A model generated the notes under the pieces. It saw nothing but the letters and a program-made list of their open reading frames with translations, was not told the DNA's origin and made no database searches. A stretch of DNA of 64,000 nt from Monosiga brevicollis MX1 (lineage: Eukaryota), in NCBI RefSeq assembly GCF_000002865.3, contig NW_001865079.1:19858-83857 (forward strand), written 5' to 3'. The translations under genes were made by a program, and so were the position numbers. Numbering within the stretch: the first letter of the stretch is position 1; the number at the start of each line of letters is the position of its first letter. This document shows positions 50,001 to 60,787 of the stretch, piece by piece.

Positions 50001-52893
50001 CAAAGCGTTGAACGGCCGATTGGGTCAATTGGACCCCAACACTAACAAACTAAAATCAGCACTGCAAGAGCTGCTCGATGTCACTGCTGGGTTTGAGCTG
50101 CAACCGGTGCTTCTCGAGCTTCAGACCGTGCTGGCAGCGTGCCCCGCTCCACCCACCACGCTGACAATGGCACCCGAAACGCCGCCCGCCAACCTCGGTG
50201 CAGCCCTGGATAAAGTCGCCATGCTACGCGATGTGGAAACCAAGCGCATAGAACTGTTCACCAACGCCGACAGCAACCTCCAGCAGCTGGTGTTGGCGCT
50301 GATTACTGCCCTGCGTGCCGTGGCAAGAGCGGGAACCATCGACACGGACCATCGCGTCGATACACTCGAGCAGAGTGCGCAAGGCTTGGATTTGAGTGCA
50401 CCACCTCCAGCCGAGGCATTGCCCGAGGCCTGGGAGCAGCTGTGCCAGGCCCATGAACACCTCAGCTCGCCCAAAGAGAATGGGCTGGAGCAGCTCGCAA
50501 ACTGGAGAGCAGAACATGACTATGAGCATCAGGACTGGTACCTGGCGTTTGTGCTGCACGAGGCACAAACCCTGTTGCAGCAGTTGCAAGACATGATCGA
50601 CTGGCAAGCCACGACGCTGTCCGTGCTAACTTCGTGCAAAATCTATGCGGATGGTATAACACAGAACACAGATGCCCGAGCCGTGCCTACACACGAGGAG
50701 GTGGCTGAGCTACAGGAACAAATTCAGGCAACCACGGCAGTCTTGTCCTTTGCTCCAGATGCCGTGCGCACTGGCCTTCAAGCTGACTTGGATGCTAAGA
50801 AAGAGCGTCTAGTCATTTTGCAGCAACAACTATCGGATCAAACACAGGTAGACCAGGTGGTGGCACTGGCAGAGCTACTACACCTTCACTTCCCAGCTCT
50901 GCTGGTCTTTTTGCACCCTGAACAGAGCACGATGGGAGCGCGCCTCCGCACAGTGCTTGGCCCCGACCTTCCAGCCAGTCTGATCTTGGAGGCCATGACC
51001 GAAGTGGACCGCACGTTGTCGCTCTCCAGCCTGGGTCAGCTTGAGCTTCATTACAACCAAAATCACAAGGTGTATAAAGCCCGCGCCACGCTACCAGATT
51101 CAGGGGAACAAGATTTGGCCGTCAAGGAGTATGTTTTTGCTCGGCAACACAAACAAGATCAGTGCCGTACGTTTCTCCGTGAACTCCGCGCCATGCGCCA
51201 GCTTGAGCACCCACACATCATTCCGGTCCTCGGTGCGCTTGTGGACGTGCATGATGGCCACCCGAGCGCCTACCTGGTGCAGCCGTGGTGTACGCAAGGG
51301 GATCTGCAGCAGTGGCTCGGCAAGGCGCGCCACATGGCCACCTCAACCGTGATAGCAGGACTCATGACGCAGCTGCGCACCGCCCTGGCGTTTATGCATA
51401 GCAAGGGCTTGGTGCATCGGGATGTCAAGCTGAGCAACGTCATGTTAGACGGCTCGGAGGACCAGCCCATCGTGCGGCTGGGCGATTTTGACATCGCCAA
51501 GGCCGCCGCTGAAGCCACCATGCTACCATGCACGGCCACTGCATCGTCGGGTACGGCGGGCTTTATGGCACCCGAAGTGCTATTTGGCCAGGGTCGAGTG
51601 GGGGCGCGCCCGGCACAGGATGCCTTTTCCTTTGGCTGTGTTGTCTACAATACCTACATGTTCCCACAAATGGTGCCACCTGCTCAGTCACGGGGTGATG
51701 AGGTCGTGGATCAATGCACATGGAATTTACCAGCGAGAGATGGTGTCTGCAGCTTCCCGCATCTGGCTGCTGAGGTCAGTGATGTATTTTTGGCTGGATC
51801 AGGCAAGGCCAGCTCATTCTTAGCTCATAAAACTTTTTCCATCGCAGATATGCGATTCGACGAGTGATTTGTACAAGGAAACGCGCGCCTTGCTTGCAAC
51901 AGATCCGAAACAACGGCCGAGCCTGTTGAGCGGCCGGCAGATGGCAGAACGACCTGTCGCCGCCCATGCCGGGCCAGCAATTGAAGTTTTGCGCAATTCA
52001 CCCGAGCTTATCCCAGAGGTGCGTTCGTTGTTGATGCAATGCTTACCTCGACATGAAGACTGATTTGGATGTACCGTGCAACTAGGTTGCTGAGCTGTTG
52101 AAGCAGCTGAGCATTGACGGGCAAGGGCCAGCTAACATTCAGGTGCAGCGGGTAGAGCGCGTGCACAACCCCGTGCTGTGGGAACGCTACAGCGCCAAGC
52201 GACGGGAGATGCTGCACGGCATTGCAAACCAGGAGCATTGCACGCAGCTTCAAACGGCCACAGTAGATGCGCTTTCGGGCTGTCCAGCCTTGCTTCGCGA
52301 TGCATCCTGTCAAGAGCGCCTGCTGCTCCACGGCATCTCCCCTGGCTCAATGTTGCGTGACAAGATTGTGCGCTTGGGCCCCGACCTTCGCTTTGCGGGT
52401 AGCAAAGCCGGCCACCGATTTGGTTTTGGTGTCTACTTGGCGGACCATCCCGGCAAGGTGTGATTTTTGAGCGGGCGTACTGTGTTGCTGTCGCTACTGC
52501 ATATTCTCATGAGCATTTAACATGATGTAGAGCCATCGATATACTGAGCCGCCGAATGTTCCGAATCAGCTTGGCCCGAACGATGAGCGGACGCTCTTAA
52601 TCACACGAGCACTGTTGGGCCATGCCTTTGTTCATCACTCGCCTCCGTCCGGTGCACTGGCCCCTCCGCTCTTGCTACATGCACCCGACAATGAGCGGTG
52701 CGTTGGGCAATAAGCGGTTGTTTTGCGTGCTAGAGAGTGCCTTGGTTGTTTATTGACCCGCCTGCTGTGTCTCCATCACTTCTTTAGATATGACTCGGTG
52801 ATTGCCACGCCGCCGGGGGAATGTCACGAGGTCATTTTGTTTGACAATACGCAAATCTATCCTGAACTGGTGGTCTACTACACGGCCGATTAG
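47089..52893 (+). CDS. Ankyrin-repeat / coiled-coil / protein kinase / PARP-type ADP-ribosyltransferase fusion protein, copy B (~1329 aa, 15 exons)
   Basis: Exons: 47089-47214; ankyrin exons 47305-47406, 47512-47610, 47721-47822, 47919-48017, 48117-48215, 48312-48410, 48557-48661, 48757-48855; then 49417-49626, 49741-51774, 51848-52018, 52086-52457, 52531-52697, 52788-52893. Intron positions match copy A. Kinase motifs: HRDVKLSN, DFD, GTAGFMAPE. PARP motifs: LLLHG, GVYLADHPGKSHRY, CHEVILFDNTQIYPELVVYY. Confidence 0.92.
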
Positions 52894-54153
52894 AACGCGT
52901 CGTGCTGTTGACTTGGTCCTGGGGCTTGTTTCCTGTTTGCTTGTTAGGTGTTGCTTGTCGTGCGCCAAGGGCGTGGATGATGAATCGATATACATGATAA
53001 GGGCGAAGTGTCAGCTTTCATCAAGATGATCTGCAATCCCAAGTCGTGTGACGGGTCATTGGTGGGTTGAGCTGTGCTTTTGTGCATGTATTAACTTGGT
53101 ACGGCTGCTGGTCGTGAAAGGGGAGCAATGCAATTGAAAGAAGCTCATTTAGATAGCAACCGTGAAGCCAGAGCGCATGGTCGAACTGGGCCACAACACC
53201 CCGTCAGCACTACTTGAATCGGGCATGCACGAGCTGTTCTGGACGGCCTACGAGCAGCTATCGGATCAGGGCTTGGCCGCCGCTGCTGTGACGCACCTGT
53301 TTGACGACAATGAAGCGCAATATCAGCATCGCCCAATGCGGCAAGTAAAGACGCAAAACGCTAGCAGGTACCTGAGCCTTGGACCACGCCTGGTTCAATT
53401 TTTGCTGCGGTTGGAAGCCATGCCAGCCCCCGACCTGTCGAGCTTTCGGGGCCAGGTGCTTGCCAGCCGTGGCCCTAACAATCTTCTGTCCTTGGTCTTC
53501 TGAGCATCGCTGCCTGATTATGGGCATGGGACGAGTTGGAAGAAACGCAACGCAGGCTGGCCAATGCGTTGTCAAAATAAGCTTTCAATTCTGGAGTCAT
53601 CTTGCCATCAGCCCCGAAGAACAAAGGTGGACACATTTGGCTATTATTGCGGCACGTCATGGGTTCTTGGGGTGCCTGGCAACGTTCTTATGCTTCAAGC
53701 GTTTGGTGGCTTGATGGCAAGTTCAGCATTGCCGTGGTTGGGGTTTTGATTGACCGTGTCACTGCTCAAATTGCTAGTGCCCTCTCAGGCAGCTGTGATG
53801 AATGTTATGAAGCCTGCGCGCAACCTCCACGACCATATGACTGCCACATGCCCCGACCTCAAGGAATCTGCCTGTCGCCATGAAGCTTGATGCCTGGTGC
53901 AGCTCATCGTAGCCAGAGGATCGGCTTTGACGATCAGTTTGTCGGGCTGATGCGGGGTTTCAGCGCCGACGTTTGAGGAAAGGGTTGAACAGGCGGCACA
54001 CCTGCCGCCGGCGAATCATGCGATAAAGACCATTGACGTTTGCAAACCGCTCGAGTTCAACGGTGGTCACTGCGCCCACTGCGCGGACTTGCGTCGTCGC
54101 CGATTGGCCTTGGCTTGACGATCCATCTGTTGGTATGACACCATTCGACACAG

Positions 54154-55294
54154 TCACGGCACGCCTGTGGTGGGGGCGGCTAAGAAGGAGCACAGCACGT
54201 TGAGGCGCTGCTGAAAGCGTTCTGGCTGCGCTGGTGTGGAGCGTCCACGCAAGAGACGCTGAACACGAGCCAGCTCGCGTGCCACAAAGGTGGGGCCCTG
54301 CGCCGCCAGTCGCGTCAGAATTTGACGGTAGACAATGGCTTGCGGTGACTGCACGGTGGATTCATCCAGGGTCTCCAGCTCCGCCAGTGCAGCTATGGGA
54401 CTGAGAATGCCCTGCGCAACACGCTTTGCGAGCTCATCAAGGGGCTGGATACAACCTGGCAGGGCGAGCCACTGCGCTGTGCCCGCCTGCACAAGGCGCA
54501 GCAATGCTTCCACCGACACGTCGTCCGTCAGATTCAAAGGGGGGCGGCTTCCCTTTGGCAACACATAAAAGCTGGGGAATGCCTCGGTGTTGAGCTGGAA
54601 GCGTTGGACCAACCGGTTCACGTTTCGATTCATGTCGGCGTCATTTGGGCCGACCCCTGCCCCGCGCACACAAGTTTGAGGCGCATGAGCTGAGACTTTC
54701 AAAATAAATGTACTCTGTGGGTTGTCCCTCTGAGGAACCAAGGCTGAACGAAGGGGCTAATTGCGCGTACGCACCATGCGCAAAGGACACTTGAGCCACC
54801 AACACGGAGGTTGGAGCCAGCTGTATGGCTACGGTTCGAAACGCATCCTCAAGCTCCCCATGCGAATACTACCATTGCCGCCACACAGTCGGTAGACCAT
54901 TTGAGCAGACCTGCCCTCCAATGTCGATATGGGAAAGTGCAACAGCAGGCCTACCGCCCAGTCAAACTTGACCAGTACGTCCACATCCGCCCCGACCACC
55001 TAAAAACGCGAGGGCTGGTCAGACAGAAGGCGATCCAGAGATGGCTGACAAGAGGCAGGTAGACCGTATCCATGGCCGACAGGCAGCTCCCCTCACCTTG
55101 TCAAAAGTATGCTCATCCAAGTTGATGACCCCTGGCGGCGTGATGCCCCCAGCCAAGGCCACCGTGCCCAACTCTCTCTCCTCCCAACCATGCACCATCC
55201 CCAAATTCACCACCAACAGCGGCACCGCCACCATCACCATCACCAACAGCGGCCCCAGCGGCCCCAGCAGCCAAGAAGGCCCTCGCACCGCCAT
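54154..55294 (-). CDS. ERP29: ERp29-like ER protein (PDI family, redox-inactive thioredoxin domain plus helical D domain), spliced
   Basis: Signal peptide; GVINLDEHTFDK-VVG..VLVKFD; VLVAQV; FPSFY; WLALPGCIQPLDELA; Y.QIL......G.TFVARELARVQRLL; FQQRLNVLCSF. Confidence 0.85.
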
Positions 55295-55462
55295 CGTACA
55301 CAAACAAGCTCGTAAGAGATACTGTGATAATTGTTACACTTTATATTAAACGCTGTGTGATATTTATCACACTTTTATACGTGTTTGCTGGTAAGAGAAC
55401 AAAAAGGGTCTGTTCTACACGTGCTCACTTTGTATGACGTGTGTCTCTCTTCTCTATCTCCC

Positions 55463-55493
<31 letters not shown>

Positions 55494-55656
55494 TCTATCT
55501 TCTCTCTCTCTCTCTCTCTCTCTCTTTCGCGCAGTTTCTGCCTTTTCCGTCCTCTACCGCCTACCGCCGGGCCAGGAGGAGACCAGCTTCTTTCCCGAGT
55601 GTTCTGCCCACTTCTGTTCGTGTGCATTTGCTTCCTTCTCTTCTCACACGTAGGTC

Positions 55657-57352
55657 ATGGCGACCGAAGCCCCAACGACCGCCGAGACGGCGCCCGAGGG
55701 CGCGGGCGTGGTGGCGCCGACCGAGACCGTTGATCAGTATGTCGGGGTGGATCTCGGAACCAGCGGGTATCGACTCTCGACGATGCACGAGAATGGCAGC
55801 GTCGACCTCCTTGTCAACAACCTCTCCGCTCGCACCACCCCCTTTGTCGGTACGTCTTGTCGAGGCCTCGCCACAGCGCCGTCGTCGTCGTGCCCCCTGA
55901 CCCTCACGGACCGCCTGCCTGCCTTGGCGATGGGCTTGCGCAGTTGGCTTTAAGAACGATTCGCGTTTGTTTGGCAATGCTGCCGCCGACTCGGCCTCAA
56001 CCAACTCTCGCAACACCATCACCGACCTGCTGACGCGCGCCTCCGCCTCCGATCAGGACCAGGCCACCATCGAGGTGGAATACGAATGGGATGGCCAGAC
56101 TCGCCATCAGTTTGACATCACCCAGGCTCTCCTCTTCGCCTTTGAAGAGGTCACGCGCCGCGCTGCCGAGCTGCGCCAGCGCGCACAGGCCGCTGCCCAG
56201 AGCCATCAAAGCGTTGTTCAGCACATTTGCCTGGCCCTGCCCACCGCCAGCCCAGAGCTGCATAACCGCGTGCAGACAGCCGTTCGGCTCGCCCAGCACC
56301 TCCAGGAGGGGGCTCAGCCGTGCCAGGTCCATCTGAGCACTGCCAGCCAAGCGCTTCTGGCGGCTTATTGCCACCGCTACAAGCTCACCATCGATGCCCC
56401 CCAAGAGGCTGCCCCGGCAACTGATAACGACGCCGAGAGCGCAGACACCGTGGCCGCGCCCGCTCCGGCCAGCGAAGATGAGCCAGCTGCTTCCGTGGTC
56501 GCCGTGGTGGATGTGGGACAGGGCTTTGCCAACGCGATCCTAATTCAACGCACGGCCGACACGGCCAAGCTCCTGGCGGCCACCTCGGCCACGTTTGGTT
56601 GCCAAACCCTCGATGAAGCCTGGTTCAACACCCTCAGCCAGGACATCACGGCCAAGTACAAGGAACCTGTGCCGCGCGACTCGCGCAACGGCCTCCGCTT
56701 GCTGGACGCCTGCTGCCGAGCACGAACCGTGCTCAGCGCCAACAATTCGACCGATATCGTCCTTGAATGCTTTGGCGAGCGCGAGTGCGATGTGGCCTTA
56801 AAGGTCCAACGCGATGGTTTCAACGCCGCCTGCGCTGATCGCATGGCCCCCTTGGCCGCCATTCTGGAAGAACTCCTCTCTTCTGCCAACCTCAGTGCAG
56901 CCGACATTGAGGGTGTCGAACTGGTCGGTGGCGGCACCTGTGTACCCCTTGTCCAAAGCACCATCGAGAGCGTTTTGGGTGAAGGCAAGCTACGCACCAC
57001 GCTTGACCGTAGCCATGCCGTGGCCATTGGTACCGCTGTCCTGGCCTCCTGGAAGGCTGGTGATAATACTGAAGCACCAGACACCACTGCAGCAGCCGAA
57101 CTTCAGAGCCACGAACAAGCCTGGCTCGAGGCCGAGCAGCGCATGCGTGAGCAGGACGCCAACCTGCGCGCAATTGGGGAGGCTCGCAATCACCTCGAGG
57201 CCTTTCTATTTGCCACCCGTCAGCGCCGAGATGGACCCTTTGGAGACAAGTTCAACGCCGACGCCACTCTTCCACTCTTGGACTCGACTGAAGACTGGCT
57301 CTGGAGGTGCGAATCGCCCACCCGCCTTGTTTGTACGTGCGCCGGTCCTCAT

Positions 57353-57398
<46 letters not shown>

Positions 57399-58290
57399 GT
57401 GCATCTGTGTAGCGAGGAAGCCGAGGGCGCCACTTCGCCCGACGTTTACACTGCGCGTCAGACCCAGCTGGAGGAAGAGGTGCGTTTGTCTTTGAACCGA
57501 GGACCATGGCGCACAATCCCGGTGCCTCACTCGTCTGTCTTGAACCGACATTGAATCTAGGTGCAAAAACTTAATGCAGAGTATTTTGCTGCCGTTGCCG
57601 CAGCCGAGGCAGAAAAGGCGGCCAAGGAGGCGGCTGAACGGGCACAATGGGAAGCCGAGGCAGCAGCGCAGGGCGAGAGCGGCGATGATGCTTTGAAGCA
57701 CGATACGAGAAAGCTGAAAAAGGCCGACCGCATGCGCCTCGTCCTCAGGAACAAAGACGAGGCAGCCGAGCTGTACAAGGGTGGCAACTACGCCCATGCC
57801 ATGGCCCGTTATCAAAAGGCCCTCTTGCACTGTGATCAGTTTTTCGACCTCAGCGATGAGGATAAGGCCGAGGTGGCCACCCTCAAGGTACAAAGAAGTC
57901 GTGTCGCAGCACGCTGATGGAACTTTGTGACCCTGCCATGCCACTCATCCTGCTTTGGTGTGTCTTTGATTTTTTGGCCTTTGCTTTTGCCAGGCCACGC
58001 TGTACTTGAACATTGCCATGTGCAACAGCCAACAATCATCGTGGAAAAAGGCCAAAGCCAATTGCGAGACGAGCCTGGAGCTCAACCCGCAAAATCACAA
58101 GGCCTACTACCGTTTGGCCGTGGTGTATGAGAATTTGAAGGACTATCAGGAGGCACTCAAGGCCGTGGGCAAGGGTCTGGCCCTGGAACCCGAGAACGAG
58201 GCGCTGACCAAGCTTGAGACGCGCCTCAAAGCTAAGGAGGCCAAGGCGCGTGCTCAAGAAAAGAAGATGTATGCCAAGATGTTTGGCTAA
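55657..58290 (+). CDS. Divergent Hsp70/Hsp110-type ATPase domain plus helical lid fused to a C-terminal FKBP/Cyp40-type TPR domain, spliced
   Basis: YVGVDLGTS, VNNLSARTTP.VV-GF....RLFG, VVDVGQG, LRLLDAC.RARTVLSAN, VELVGGGTCVPLVQ, TLDRSHAVAIG; lid EARNHLEAFLF...TEDWLW; TPR NKDEAAELYKGGNY..AMARYQKAL, LYLNIAMC, KAYYR, EKKMYAKMFG. Confidence 0.85.
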
Positions 58291-58711
58291 CTTGAGTGCA
58301 TGGCCCAGGGGACTGTAGAACGTGCGGGCACTGCCACAGCTGGAGCAACGGCACACAAATGCACACACGTGTCAAGTAGTGAGTCAATTGACTGATCAGA
58401 TCACGCCGATGCCTTGCAATCACACGCAGCGCATTGCTGACACTATTGAAGACCGCATCAGAGAATTGACAGAGCAGGACGGGTTCAAAACGAAAACAGG
58501 CAAAAAAAAAAAAATCAAAAACCAAAGGAAGAACAACAACCGCCAGCAAGAGGACAAGGCAAAGAAAGAAAACAGGAAAGACAGTGCAGGGTAAACACGC
58601 GAAATCAGCACAAACAGACGATCAATAGAAAATCCTGCCCAGGAGAATTCTAGGCAGCGAGGACGCCACAAGGCGGCGCCACGGAATAGGGCCCCGGGCC
58701 TATAGATTTGT

Positions 58712-59890
58712 TTACTTGAGGAGCGGCTGGCGATCCGAGGCGCTGTAAGCGGGGGGCGCCGTTGCGACGGGCTGAGCACCGTAAGGACCAGGGGCGGCAG
58801 CACCCAGGGCCGAAGGGCCACGGGCCATGGGAGCACCGTAGTCAGCGGCGGTGGCGTGCAGGTTGAGCTCGTGGTCGACCTGAGCCTGCATGCAGGCCTG
58901 AGTGAGGCAGTAGACGACATCGGCGATAAAGTCAATGAGCTTGGCCAAGTGGATCAAGTCACGATGGAAAATGGCCGCAATGTGGCACAGGCAAGAGCTA
59001 GAGGAAGAGCAAGTCGTGGGCATGAGTACGGTAACCGTGACAAACAAAACAAGCCCTTGGGTTTGGTGCCAGGTGCCTCGCGGGAAATAATGCAGGAGAC
59101 GCACAGCAGCTGCATGCAGTTGTTGAAGCGGATGAGGCGATTATCGCAGGGATCGGTGACAATCTGACGCTCATCCTGGACGTAGATGCGCGTTGCCGAG
59201 ATGGCGCAATTCTCGCAGCACACGACCTGCGTTCACCACACATGTGGATGCACGCGTGGAGCAGACCAATCAGGTGAAAGAAAATCAAAAGACGCAGCCA
59301 TGGTTCAGAGAAAGGATGGGGAATATTGATAATGAGTCAAAATCAAAGAGGGGTGGCGCACCTCCAGAAACAGGCACAAGTTGGGGCAATCCTCTTGGCC
59401 CGGGCAGCAAGTGCTCGTGATGCTGGGACAGATGTAGCCCTGGCAGCACCTGAATGACAGCAAGCAGACCGCAATGCCAAGAGGTTAGGATCGGCGGGGC
59501 ATGGGGCCTGACCAATCTTGTGTAGATTCCATGTCAAGAAAAGGGGAGAGGGCCAAGGGATTTCGTACTTGTAGCGGGTCATGTCGTAGTTGAGGGCCCG
59601 GCGACGCAGGTGGAAGGACATGCAAGGTGCGCAGAACATGGAGAGCAGGCAGCCACCGGGGTTGTCGCAGCACGAATGCATCATGCTGGTCTCCCATTGC
59701 CGTGCCTAAGCGCCAAGTACATGAAACACACGATCGCGCAAATGCGATACAACGGGAACGGAGGTGAGAGCGCTTGCGGCGCTCAGAACATCACCACCCT
59801 ACCCCACGGGCAACACACAAACCTGGAGGTGGATACGAGGATCATCCTCATGCGGCGCGCCATCGCACAGAACGTTGCCCTAGACCACGC

Positions 59891-59940
<50 letters not shown>

Positions 59941-60320
59941 ATGAGTATCTTGCGATCCAAGGCCTCATCCTCGTTTCCGGACGCAAAGTGTCCCGCACAC
60001 ACACACACACACACTGGTCCGATCTCCAACCCCCACACACCTTTCCCAAAACACACACACACACACACACACACACATCAACCCTGCACCAACGCTTTCT
60101 CAAGACACAACCCCCAACCCTCGACCCCGAAATCCACCAGCCTGTGCCATCGCAAACCCAAGAAGAGCACCAGGCGATTGCCCCCCCCCCCCCCCCCCGG
60201 GANNNNNNNNNNNNNNNNNNNNNNNNNNNNNNNNNNNNNNNNNNNNNNNNNNTGCAAACCCAAGAAGGGCCCCGGGGGATTGCCCCCCCCCCCCCCCCCC
60301 GGTACACCCGGACGTACCAT
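58712..60320 (-). CDS. PLAC8-family Cys-rich membrane protein, spliced (ATG-only first exon)
   Basis: [33 protein letters not shown]...[12 protein letters not shown]...ISATR..VQDE..I.TDPCDN...IADVVYC..ACMQAQ matches the plant/protist PLAC8 subfamily. Confidence 0.8.
60203..60252. other. Assembly gap flanked by near-duplicate poly-C reads
   Basis: N run with gcaaacccaagaag...gattgccccccc on both sides. Confidence 0.9.
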
Positions 60321-60787
60321 GATGCCGGTGTCGGTCAAATCGAAAAGAAATTGAACGTCAGCGCACACACATGTGCTTTTATAAAAGAGATCGCGTGTGG
60401 GTGCTGGTGGCGTTCTCTTAAATTTTCTCTCAAAGTGTCTCTCTCTCTGTTTCTCTCTGAATTCGCACTTTTATCGCTCTCTCTTTTGCCTTCAGCTCCC
60501 TCTCCCTCTTAAAACTTTCTCCAAGCACAACCTCTCTCTCTTTCTCCAGACATACGTATCAGCAACTTTATCTGACAATCCAATGAAGACAACAACTTGT
60601 CAAAATCTCTATAAATTTGCTTCGACTTATACAGACCAAAACCATTGAGAATCGTGCATATTTTGAGTATGCTCACTACGTTCGCCGGCATTTTTCTCGT
60701 GCGCCGGCTGCGGACTTTTTTCGAAAAAAAAAAAAAAAAGTGGCAGCGCAGAGTTTTGTTTTTTTTTTCCAGAACGGCAGAACGATC

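Noticed and set aside
60150..60310. Direct repeat around the 50-N gap
   Set aside because: Most likely the same poly-C locus read twice at low quality (assembly artefact).
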